Shown piece by piece: positions 37,307-49,475 of a stretch of 64,000 nt of DNA (positions are counted from its first letter, which is position 1; each line of letters opens with the position of its first letter). Under the pieces are notes generated by a model, which saw only the letters and a list, made by a program, of their open reading frames with translations, was not told the origin of the DNA and did no database searches. The translations under genes were made by a program, and so were the position numbers. The stretch is from Azolla caroliniana (Eukaryota; Plantae; Polypodiophyta). The stretch lies in NCBI GenBank assembly GCA_043228905.1, contig JBHGNT010000014.1:10726001-10790000 (forward strand), in the 5' to 3' direction.

Positions 37307-37937
37307 ACAATGTTTGCATTCATTTATATGCATTCCTTTATCGTTTCTCTTCACGACGATAACGTGGTCACATTGATTTATAAATCAACAATTTAGTAAG
37401 TGAGTTAATAAATCTACAATCACATTGATATGAATATAAAAAAAAAAACATTAGAAAACTACAATTACATTGATTTAATAAAACTACAATCCTTTTGAAG
37501 TGCTTTTCCTTCTCAAAGTTTAGAATGATTCTCTCACCTTAGAATGCAAATATTAAAACATTTGAACAAGGTGAAATTTGTTTGGTATGATAATTGCAAA
37601 CATGTCCTTCCAAGGAGATTTGCAAACAAATTGTCCATAGTACATACACAAAAACATCTTTTGCCAAAGCTTAAGGCGAAGCGGAAGATGTACACATCAA
37701 AGTATGCATGCCTTATTATTTTATCTTTCTTTGAAATAAAGATGACATGATTTTTTAAAAGCAATGAAGATAGCTTTGAGACAATGGAAACTTCATTCCC
37801 TCATGGTTTGTAAAATTTAGTGAGCCATCTTGCACATTTTAAGAGAATATATACACACTTGTAAATTTAAAACAACTTGATCAAACAATATATACACATC
37901 TTTGCATTTTTTTGTTTTTCACCTCAGTCCACGACTC

Positions 37938-38110
37938 CACTTAGATTGTGTAAAATGAAGAAGAAATTGCACAGCATATTGCTCAGTTTCGGAGAAATTG
38001 CAAAGCATATTGCACAATTTCGGAGAAATTGCACTTAGATTGTGTAAAATGAAGAAGAAATTGCACAGCATATTGCTCAATTTCGGAGAAATTGCACAGC
38101 ATATTGCTCA
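37938..38110. repeat. Higher-order tandem repeat (about 30-bp agaaattgcacagcatattgctcaatttcgg unit in a 94-bp duplication)
   Basis: cacttagattgtgtaaaatgaagaagaaattgc occurs at 37938 and 38032. Confidence 0.85.
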
Positions 38111-38261
38111 GTAAGTGCAGACGAATGGGAAGGTGGGAGTACATGCCTGTGGCTGCTGCTGCGCTGCTGAGAGAGTAGTACGTAATTAGTTTCCAGGCTC
38201 CAGCTGCAGCAATTAGTTCTCCTATCTCCTCCTCAAATTAGACAGACAAATCTCTCTCTGT

Positions 38262-40523
38262 GTGCCTCTGCTTCTAAGTTCTAACTCTCAGACTCAGACT
38301 CTCAGAAAATCAGACTCAGACTCAGACTCACGACTCACGACTCACTCGGATCCTCAGTCTCGACTCTCGACTCTCACAACGTTAACGCATCAGAAAAAAC
38401 CCCCCAAAAAAAACCCCCAAAAAAAACACCCAAAAAAAACCCCAAAATTTTTTTTATGGGACCACGTTATCGTCGTGAAGAGAAACGATAAAGGAATGCA
38501 TATAAATGAATGCAAACATTGCAAGCACGTGTTTGCTGGTGGTCCACACCGAATCAAAGCCCATCTTTTGGGGCTAAAAGGACAAGGTGTGGATAAATGC
38601 CGCAAAGTCACTGGAGCAATAAAAGATGAGATAAAGAAATTGATATTGGATGTGGATGCTCATGAAAGTACTAATGCTAATGAAAATTCTATTGCAGAAA
38701 GTGAGAATAATGTCGATGTAAGTACATCTAATGCCAATGTTGTGCCACCTACTTGTGCATCTGTAGTTGACATGTCATCTTCATCATGTAAGAAGAGGAA
38801 AATTGAGAATACTAGTGGATCCTTACAAATCTCTTGGCAAAAAAGTTTGAATAAGAATGCCGATGAATCAGTGAGAAGATTCTTTTTTGTAGAGGATATT
38901 CCACATCTTAAGGTTGATAGTTCCTTTTTTCATGATATGGTTCAAGCAATTGCAAAGGCTGGTCCGTCATATAAGCCACCAAGTTCTTTCCAATTGGGAA
39001 AGAGGCACTTAGATGAAGAAGTAAAAGTTGTTGAAGATAAACTTTCATGCATCAAAGAGAAATGGAAAATATATGGATGCACTATAGTGAGTGATGGTTG
39101 GTCAGATACTAGAAGTAGACCAATAATTAATGTTCTAGCTTCATCAATGTTTGGTTCAGTGTTTTTGAGGTCGGTGGATACAAGTGGAGAATGTAAAACG
39201 GGGGAGTATATCTTTAATATTCTAAAAGCTACCATTCTTGAAATTGGCCCAACAAATGTTGTGCAAGTATGCATGGATAATGCATCAAATTGTGTGGCAG
39301 CGGGACATATGATAGAGAAAGAGTGGCCCATGATATTTTTTACTCGATGCACATGTCATTGCCTTGATTTGTTGTTTGAGGATATAGGAAAATGTGCTTG
39401 GGTTAATGATGCTTTGAGATTAGGTATGAAGGTTACTACGTTCATCACAAGAAAGCTATATGTGCTTGCAATGTTTCGCAAGTTTAGTAAAAAGGAATTG
39501 TTGAAGCCTTCTCCTACAAGGTTTGCTTATAGTTTCATTGTGCTATCAAATTTGTTGGATGATAGAGTGTATAGTGGTTTAAGAAGAATGGTAGTTAGTG
39601 AAGAATGGTGCCAATGGAAGGGATCTAAAACTCAACATGCAGAAGAAGTAGTTTCGATAATATTGAATGCTTCCTTTTGGTCAAATGTAAAGATGATAGT
39701 GGAAATATGCTCACCAATTTTAAAAGTGTTGCGATTGGCGGATAGAGAAGGTGCAACAATGGGGTTGATATATGAATGTACACGAAGAATGATAGAAGAA
39801 ATAAATAAAATGCAAGGAATCAATAACATGTTGCTTGATGAAATTAGAGGATTATGCATGGATAGATGCAAAATGTTACATTCACCATTACATGCAATTG
39901 GATACCTCTTACATCCAATTTGGTGGGAAAATTCTCAAGTTTTTGATAATGTGGTGAATGCTAGTTGGATAGACACCATTATGCGATATGCAAATGGTGA
40001 CATTAAGATGCAAGGTAATTTATTAGATGAGTATCATGCTTATAAAACTAAAGAGAAGGGTATTTTTCAACTTCCACCTTCAAATGATCCTACTAGAATG
40101 AAAGATGGTGTTAAGTGGTGGGAATTATTTGGAGGAGAAACCCCAAATTTAAGTAAACTTGCAATACGAGTGCTTTCTCAAGGTACTTGTGCATCTCCAT
40201 GTGAGAGAAATTGGAGTACCTTTTCATTGATACACACTAAGAGGAGAAATAGGTTGAGTCATGATCATATAGAGAAGCTAGTATACTTGCATACAAACCA
40301 TCGTCTATTAAAGAAAGTCAAAGAAAGAGATTCATGCCGTATAGAAGTGACTTTGGATATGATTAATAAAGAAGAAGATGATGATAGGCTTTTGGTATTG
40401 CAAAGTCAACATGCAACTATGGTTAATGAGGATTTTGACGAAGATGATGATGATGGGCAAGATGTTAACTTTGACAATGCAGTGATGCACCTCAAGAGTA
40501 GAGAGGCGTGGATTAACAATTAG
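38262..40523 (+). CDS. hAT transposase (BED finger, DUF659, hATC dimerization domain); start codon uncertain
   Basis: W..CKHC..HRIKAHL BED finger; SDGWSD, MDNA, CTCH, TRFA, WWELFG and CERNWS motifs; no internal stops. Confidence 0.9.
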   Translation: MPLLLSSNSQTQTLRKSDSDSDSRLTTHSDPQSRLSTLTTLTHQKKPPKKNPQKKHPKKTPKFFLWDHVIVVKRNDKGMHINECKHCKHVFAGGPHRIKAHLLGLKGQGVDKCRKVTGAIKDEIKKLILDVDAHESTNANENSIAESENNVDVSTSNANVVPPTCASVVDMSSSSCKKRKIENTSGSLQISWQKSLNKNADESVRRFFFVEDIPHLKVDSSFFHDMVQAIAKAGPSYKPPSSFQLGKRHLDEEVKVVEDKLSCIKEKWKIYGCTIVSDGWSDTRSRPIINVLASSMFGSVFLRSVDTSGECKTGEYIFNILKATILEIGPTNVVQVCMDNASNCVAAGHMIEKEWPMIFFTRCTCHCLDLLFEDIGKCAWVNDALRLGMKVTTFITRKLYVLAMFRKFSKKELLKPSPTRFAYSFIVLSNLLDDRVYSGLRRMVVSEEWCQWKGSKTQHAEEVVSIILNASFWSNVKMIVEICSPILKVLRLADREGATMGLIYECTRRMIEEINKMQGINNMLLDEIRGLCMDRCKMLHSPLHAIGYLLHPIWWENSQVFDNVVNASWIDTIMRYANGDIKMQGNLLDEYHAYKTKEKGIFQLPPSNDPTRMKDGVKWWELFGGETPNLSKLAIRVLSQGTCASPCERNWSTFSLIHTKRRNRLSHDHIEKLVYLHTNHRLLKKVKERDSCRIEVTLDMINKEEDDDRLLVLQSQHATMVNEDFDEDDDDGQDVNFDNAVMHLKSREAWINN

Positions 40524-40781
40524 TACTATAAATTTAGAGGTTAGAGCTACTTTCTAGGTTAATGTTCATGTTTGAAGTTTTGAACTTTGGATAAATTTTG
40601 GTTCATGTTTAGAACTTTGGATGCTATTTTGTTAGTTTTCAATGAATTTAAGGTCTTGATTTTTGTCTATAAAAATCTTGATTATTTTCTATTTTTCATA
40701 TATTTTTTTAAAAATTTAGAGTAATAAAAATAAAAATAAAAATAAATATAGACGAATGGATTCCAATCATACTTGGAACCA

Positions 40782-40853
40782 TTTCACGTATGAGTATGAT
40801 ACGAATATTCACGTATGAGTATGACACGTTTGAGACGTATGGCTAGAACTATG
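40782..40853. mobile_element. hAT right end: subterminal repeats and putative TIR (reverse complement CATAGTTCTAGCC)
   Basis: Tandem ttcacgtatgagtatga copies ending in ctagaactatg about 330 bp after the stop. No matching left TIR was found on this side of the gap. Confidence 0.55.
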
Positions 40854-43800
40854 ATACACGCTGCATATAACCCTTAGTGCTAACTAAAAGACAAAAATTA
40901 GCTTATGAGCTTGCAACAAATAAATAATCTTTGTACTAGTTCCTAAGGTTGATCATATCTTTTGAAATGGTTGAAATTAATAGAATCATATCACCCTAAT
41001 CGCTTAAATATGATTCATCAACAAGGAATGTTCCCATTGATGATTACATCAATGAGTGAGTTAGTAGGAAATCAAGGACTTGATGTTGTTGGCCAACACC
41101 TACTTGAATGATTTCTCGAGCTTTGGGAGTGGAGTACATCCAACCTAGATTCAATTAACAGCCCCTCTGGATACCTTAAGCCTAGGGCATTCCATAATAA
41201 GCTTCAAACTACCAAAAAAATGTGAATGATGTTTAAGTTCAGAATGCCAGAAGGATAGATTATTGGCTCATAAAATGGGAGCAAGCCCTCATAGACATGC
41301 CTCGTTTTACCTACAAGACATAGCTCATCAGTGTTGGAGGAGAGTAGCCTTAGATAATGAAATGTTACAAAGATGGGCCAAATTTAGGACATAGCTCATC
41401 AATTGCTTTATTCTTCCGAATGGGCATATCAGATCCCACGATGGTTGGTTCTTTATTAAGAATATGCAAGTAGATATCATGAGATCGTCCATGATATACT
41501 CAAGAAGCTACATGGTTGCCGATAAGTACATAACATCTAGGCCTTAAGAACTCTCTTCTATTGTTCTTTCATAGAGAGAAATGTACCACTTTCAAAGGCT
41601 AAGCAACTTATAGAAGTTGTTTCCTAGTAAAAGGATGTCTAGCAAGATGAAATAGGAGTTCTCAAACCATTCAAATAAGAAGCTTAGATTTTATTTGACC
41701 TTAGAACAATGACATAAAGCTAAAAGAAAAGGCCAATGTTCTCTTTATTTGGGCCAATACAAACTTAGTAGTTGTCCATAAGGGAAGGAGAAAGGTTGCT
41801 AATACTCCAATGGGAATGGTCAAGAAAGTGAGGAGTGTTTGATCGACTTACATTGTAACTTTAGTGTCGTGGTCTAAAAGGAGATTCATAGAATAACCAT
41901 TGTCTCATAGTAAGGGATCAACTAATTATGATTGTACGGTGATTAGATTAAACCTAGTTATCTATGAACATTATGGTGAACATCATAAATTTGTTACTCT
42001 TTGATGTCATCCTCAGAGATTTTGCATACACACAAGAAGCCATTGCTCACATTCGCGACATGCGCATATCAATTTGATCACGAAGGGCAATGTGGAATTA
42101 CATGTGTAGTTAAGGTATTTGAGCCTCATAAACCTTAAGTTATATTCTTAGAATACATACCACTAGGATATTATAATATATTGTTATATTATTTAAGATA
42201 AAAAATATGTGGTCAACAAGATAGGATGCAATGTGGCAACGATGGTTGTGATCTTCACTTGGATATAAAGAGGACCTACATCATCATTATTAATAAGTTG
42301 TCCCATAAGTGCACGTGCTTGTGCTACTCGAGCAGGATAGGGGGGACCTAGACTTGGAAGGGCGTAGTGCAAGAGGAGAAGACGCTTCGGCTTCTCTAAA
42401 GAATGTTCACGGGGTGAAGGCTTGCAAGGTGAACACTCACAAGGCAAATGCTTGTCCACCTGAAGGCTCAAGGCTAAGGCTCGTGAGACGAAAGTAGGAG
42501 GGAAGCAAAGGCTCATCCGCCGGCTACCATGTCGTCGTAGAGTTCGTGGTGGGTGCATGAAATCGTCGAGGTTATGAATGAGGAGAGTCTATAATGAAAA
42601 GGGAGATAAAGGAGCATAGACAAGTGAGGAATATGATGTATGAATCAAGAAGCGAAGAGTATATGCTGAAAATATGTTATATTTTTAATTGGGAACATAA
42701 AGTTTTATTTACCAAAGTTATAATAATTGGTCATAAGGATGACACCTTAAGAGCACCTTATCTCTACCAAACTCCCATTCAAACCCTTAACCGTAAAGAC
42801 GAGACCTTATCTCTACCGAACTCCTGATCAAACCCTTGACTTCAATCTTGAGAGATGAAAAACCTTGCAAATGAGAAGGAATGTATTTCTCTTCTTGTCC
42901 GATGCTTACATGCTTCCATTACTTCTCCATAAATAGGTGTTTGAATAAGAATGCATGTGATGTGTGAGTGCATGCATGCATGAGAAAATACATGTGATGT
43001 ATGATTGTCATTTGACACCATAGATTGACACATGCGTGATATTCCCGATATTCTCCATGCGTGATATTCGCTATATTCGAGAATATGAAATGCCCCCAAG
43101 AATATTATAAAACCATTCATTTTGCAAAATAAATATAAATTATTATTTTTAAATAATTCAATAAAACAAAGAATAATTCATTAATAGATTTAAAAAATAT
43201 GATTAGTATTAAGTCTCCTTTTATAGTGTCAAATAAAAAAAGGGGGAGTTTATGAACCTTTATTTTATTTTATTTATTTATTTTTAAAAAACCAATATTT
43301 TTATATTTATTATAGAAAAATGATTAGTGTCAAGTCCCCTTTTTATTGTGAAGTCCCATTTTTTATATCTAGGAAACTAAAAAGAGGGATTTTATGAACT
43401 CTTTTTGTTTAAGACATCGGATTAATACTAATTGACAAGAGTTTAAGACACAAAATTTACATTTAGATAGATCGATAGATATAGATGTATATGTTTAATC
43501 CCTTGAAACATGCTTGTAGGAAGAGGGATCATATGGTTGCGTTAAAATTCTACTAAATTCCATATGCATTCATCCATATTCTACTAAGACAGTTTGAACC
43601 GAATGAGTTGAAATGAATGTATGGACACTTATTTATAGATCCTTACGGAGTATTCTAGAATGTTCTAGAATATTTTAGATTTTTATGATAAGAAATATAA
43701 TCATGAAATATAAAGGATGTTCTAGAATAATCTAGAATGTTCTAGAATATTCTAATATCTCGTAATAACTAAAAATATAATTATTATAATCACACAACAT

Positions 43801-44650
43801 ATATGTTATTTTAATGGTTAAGGGTTCAACACATAGACCAAAAAGTTGTGGGTTCAATTCTTGATAAGCCAAAATGTTGTCTTCATGACATTAGCGACTT
43901 AAACAACTATCTTATGGTCTGATAACATATTTAGCAAGAACATTTTTCCAAATATGCTATCTCATTACCACCAGGGAAGGTTTGAAGAGGGACTAATTTG
44001 CCCATACCCATGGCGAGATCTTGTATTTTTATTTTGGTAGTTGTCAAAGAAATGTTGGAGTAGAACACCTATTATTTGTAAGCATGTACCAATATGTTTT
44101 TATGTTAACGAGTTACATAAAAAGCTTCCCCATTTTCAATAAATTTGAAAGTTAAAGTTTGAGAATTCATAATTTAACAATGTGTCTAATTCAATGTTAG
44201 TCCAATAAGAAGAAGCTATGAAAGCCTTAAATGTGCTAGTTGTTAATAGAACCTCAAATTATAATCGATCCAAAATTTCTAAACAATTTAATGCAATAGT
44301 CAAGTTATAAAAAAGATGAATACTAACTCTAAATTATGCCATTATTTTCTATTCCTAGGCATCATTTTGTAACGACATGCAACAAGTTATAACATAGGGT
44401 GTGTATCCTATGATGGTATGACCAACATTAGTTTTGCAAGCACATGAAAGCAATATGTATACTATAAAGGTTAAAAAAGACAATACAAATTATGAAAGGA
44501 CATTGACTGAACACAAATACATTGATTAGTTGAAAGATGAACATCAACCACCACAAGGGATGATGACATGAATGAGTCTCTTGAGTCTTTGAGGTAAGGG
44601 GCAATAACTTGGGATCCCCTTATATAACACATGAGAAGTTTTAGTCAAAT

Positions 44651-47281
44651 TTAGCCTATGGTGTAGGGGACAAGAGCTTCCCAAAGCGGCAAGTCATCAC
44701 AATGCAAGGATGGAGTAAAGTGTGAAAGTACCAGTTCTGATGTAGTGGGTGCGATGACATTTAGTTCTTGCAAATTAGGATCTATGTTATATGGTTGTTT
44801 GTTATCACCAAAACAATATGTATTAGAAATATCATTGCTCCATGTTGCATTGCCTTTTGTTGATTTTGTAGTTTTGCCTTGCTCATTACCTGAAACATGC
44901 ACATCATGAATATGAGTTTATGTATATGCTCATTTCTAAACAACTTTTTAATACACACATACGATCGAACACGCACACACATATGTATAGGGATTTGGGA
45001 GTGAGAGTGAGAGAGTTACATTTTTTATTCTCCTTTCTAAATAACTTATAAATAATATATACTACCTCATGTGGGAGGGGATTTTTACACTTAACATCCA
45101 AGATTGCCTCCAATTTAGACCTGGCTTGTAGAAACTTGCAATTCCGTAGTTTTGAAAAATATTCCTCCCCCCCAAATGTGCCCTAAAGTTCTACTTTGGA
45201 TACTTCTCCCCACATTCCCTCCCAAGGTATGCTCTGTGCATCTATTTTGGACTTTACCTTCACCTAAGCCTCACTAGGTACGTTCTACAACTTTGCATTT
45301 GACATTACATCCACTATGCCTACCTCTTAGAATTGCTAATACCCCACACTTTGCTGGCTACATACAATTTTGATGTGGACAATATTTCTTTCATTATGTC
45401 CATCAATATATGTTCCATCTCACCTATGACCTTGCTTAGTACAATACCTCAACTATCTTACCCTTGTTATGATACACCTCACTCTAAAAAATACCATGTC
45501 TCCAAAGGGATATTAATGTATGAGATTTAGTTTTTACAAATCTATATGCACTATACACTAGGTTTCGCCACCAATAATGTTGTTCCTTGTCAATCATAAT
45601 ATAAAACACGTTGAAAGACAAAAGCATAATATGCCACACATTTACATTATTGTGATCCATTTAGTGAGCCATTTCTAAACAAACAATTTCAAACATGGCA
45701 CAAACACTCCGTCTTCAACTTAAGCACGCCTCATGTTTATGAAATTGAATTGGCAAATACCAAGTCACAATTTGACAACCCAATTTCAAAACTTCAAACA
45801 TTATCTATCTGAAGAAGTAGACAACACACATGATTATTAAAGGATAAGTTGATGAGAAATTTACCGTGGAGTTTAATTTTCGAAGGAAGAGTCGAATTAG
45901 GGGTAGTACCAGTGTGAAACTCATCATGAGCCATACCATGGTGTTGTGGATCTGGATTTTGGACACATGGGAAAACAAAGTCCACTGCTTGGTCGAGGGC
46001 TTCCATCCAAGTTCGCTTGAGAGGCATATTCAAGGAGGTGGACATAGGTAGATCCGGATAGTAGTTCTCATTAAATTTGATGTTGTTGGTAATGTAGGGG
46101 TCTAGTGGATTGTATTTATGAACATGTTGAGGGTCGAACATGAGACTCTTGTTAATGTGGGGGGTTTGAACTTGTGCATTATTAGAAACTCCTTGGGGCA
46201 CAACTTTGATAGCTTTGTTAGTGTGGGGAGCGTGAACATGTTCATTACTTACGAGAGGGTTAGGTTTAGGTGTAAAGTTCATGTTGGGGAGATTGGAGGT
46301 AGGTCTAGGTTGATGAAATGATTGATGGGCAAGTTGGGCATGGAGATATTGGTACTTCAATTGATCCTGGTGAGTTAGGGCATCGACAAGAGGTGGTGGA
46401 GAGGATGAATTGAATAGAGAAGAGGTGAGGACGGCATCGGTGACTTCGCCATCGATAATGGTCGCAGAGGCATAAGCTGGCTGGAGCTTTAGTCTGCGGC
46501 GTTTTGCTCTCGCCTTCCGGTTTTGGAACCAGTAGAACACATTAGCCTCGACGATGTGACCGAATTGTTTGAGGCATTCGGCAATTTCAACGATCATGTC
46601 ACGGCTTGGTGTAGTGGTGCCCGATTCAAACACGGCCTCTAGTATCTTTATTTGTTCCGTCGTCGGACACCAACGTGGTCGCATTACCGAGGACGCCGCA
46701 ATGACATCGCATGCGCCACTATTGTTGCTTGTACTATTAGCATTGCTATTATTACTACTACTACTAGCAATTACCACACCCCCTCCATTGTTGTAACTAG
46801 CACCCTTCTTCACGATGGGCTCCTCGTCCTTCATCGCTAGCGATGGATCACCTACATTCCCATGCTTAAACTTGACTGGTCATTAACAATTCTTAAGAGA
46901 CGTCTCTTACTAATCACACCTTAACATGCTAATTGGCACACATAATCCAGATTACCTATCATTATGAGTTTCCTATAGCTACTAGGTGACCAAGGAATTA
47001 CGAATGTAATTAAAATATAATCATTCAAATATACGACTACATTTTAAGATTAGGTTTAGTGACTCTCTCATTTGGATGCATAGCCTTTATCAGTCTATTA
47101 GAAAACATTAATATACACCCCTCTCTAGCTCTCGTTCTTCAAAATTTTCCAATGTGTCCAACAAACTTAGCATGACAAGCTAACACTTGAGACATTAGAT
47201 GTTGTGAGTGTTTAGAGATGTACCTTGGTTTTCCTGAAAATTAACGGTTTCATATTCTCCACAGGAAAGAGAAGAGCTCAT
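44651..47281 (-). CDS. WOX: WUSCHEL-related homeobox transcription factor, intermediate-type signature, 3 exons, about 427 aa
   Basis: Homeodomain RPRWCPTTEQIKILEAVFESG...NVFYWFQNRKARAKRR. Exons 47281-47224, 46851-45865 and 44889-44651 are GT-AG, both introns phase 1, total 1284 nt. The terminal exons are less certain than the homeodomain exon. Confidence 0.88.
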
Positions 47282-49400
47282 TGTCTTGATTTGGGTTTGG
47301 GCTTTAAACAATAAGTATGAAGTCTTGTACTAATTATTATACACCATACTTATCATTTGAACACTTGAAGACCCCCACCCTTACCAATCCAAACATTAGT
47401 AAATATTACTATATATACCACTAATATCAATGCATTATGCTTATCACATCACCTTATTAAGTCCTAGCAACATCTACTTCATTAGACATGCATTGCTTAT
47501 TTTTGCCTCCTTAAGTCCTAGCGACTACTTCATAACGCATTCACTCACACGCACATGCACACATATACATATACTTCAATCTCTTTAATTTAATTTATAC
47601 TATTTCCAATGAGGTATACAAGTCTAATGCCCACCATTTTTTCCATTACTTCTTTTCCTTCTCTCCCCCACATTGTCCCACTTCATATATATTTATCTAT
47701 GTCATAACAAAATGCGTGTTGACCCATATAAGTATATTTTTGGAATGAGTGGGTCCCAAGACACTAGTATTTTATTTTCTGGACATTAGAATGTTCATGA
47801 ACTTTAAAATTTTCATAACACCTGTCATGCGGGGCATAAGCCTTGACCCAAAACTCTTTCATGTCCTTGTCCAATTGCATATAAAAATAAATATTGCTAT
47901 GCTTTGTGTAAGCTTCCCCCATTTTTATTAGATCAATAAAATATATGTTTTATTTTTCATGTTTCCAACTTGGGAATGGATGATGGCCGGTTGCTTTTTT
48001 AAGTCGACCGTGATCAATACCAATGCAAAATTGTACATGAGTTACTGTGGAATCTTTGTCTCCATGTCAACAAGGCATGCACCGTGATTGCCTACATCTT
48101 TTCATACATACATAGAATATGTGATCACATCTTTCTGAACCCTTGGATAAGTTTGGAGAAGAATAACTTTCGATTTCATTTTACATTGATATTGTTAAAG
48201 ATTTTGGAAGGATTGTTATTCGGTGTCTCTAATTACAATGTTTTTGGAAGCTAAAAACTCCCAAAACTTCTATTCTACAATATTGCATCATATGTATTAT
48301 AATTTCAAGAAGTGAAATGTTAATGAAAACTTTAATTATTGTTTTTTATTCTTTGCAATTTTTTCTTTTAACAAATCGATAAATCATTTTCTCTATTATA
48401 GTACTAGTTCAGGAGCCTATGATACATATTGGTGAAATGACTTGCACTATCCAAGAAAGGAACTTCAAAATAAACTTCCCAATTTGTTGATGATATGATA
48501 AACTCAAATAGAGCAAAGAAACTATACATTATGTAAGTTGTAAGTGGCCTATCCTCTTAGAATATGGTGTGAAGATAGTCCTATAATTCTCTTCAATCCT
48601 TATAAAAATATAAGCTTGCGTATATGTTGATGACTTTCAAACATAAAAAAGAAAATAACTTTTAATACTCACTATCTATGGAAACAAAGTCTTTCATTTC
48701 CTAAGATTTGATGAAAAATCATGTCTTCAATTCAGCATACAAGGAAATGATTATTCGCCATGAATGTAGGTTGTCGGATTCATTTTACATTTGCATATTA
48801 TTAGGGACGTAGTAATAAGCAAGGATGTAAAGCTTTGAAACAATGTGAGTAAATAATATACTTTTGTTACCATGAAATTTTCTAGCATCTAGAAGGCACC
48901 CATAATAACATTGGTTAGTTGATTGATCTGTGTATAAGTGTTCAAACAAATAAAATTTTATGAGAAGCATGTTGCCACAAGGATGAAAGAAATCGTAAAA
49001 GTTGAAAAATGTAACACATGCATTATCTTGTACTAAGAAATATTTGGAGCAATGACAAGTAAGCTAAACAAATGGAGTTGTAACCTAGCCTTTATGGAGT
49101 GTGACATGTATGCAAATGCATTCACCAAAGTATCTAGTGTTTTGTATGTAACCCTATTATGCATCTTATTGTTAAGGGATAAAACGGTGGATCCGTAAAG
49201 CGGAGCACTAGATAATAGCTGATTATGGTGATAGAAAAAGGTCACTTCCATAAGGATGAGTGAGACAGTTATGCATACACAATCTACTATTTATGACTTT
49301 AACAAATACTAGCTACTCAAGTTCATATTGTATATACGTGAACCATTATTTAACATAATCTATTTTGGAAAAAAACATAATCTCATGGATATGGAGTATA

Positions 49401-49430
49401 GTTTGTTTGTTTGTTTGTGTGTGTGTGTGT

Positions 49431-49472
<42 letters not shown>
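49401..49472. repeat. (GTTT)n(GT)n(GA)n microsatellite about 2.1 kb upstream of WOX
   Basis: Directly visible. Confidence 0.9.

Positions 49473-49475
<3 letters not shown>

Noticed and set aside
40860-42830. Possible LINE or other TE remnants and short direct repeats
   Set aside because: No motif could be read with confidence.
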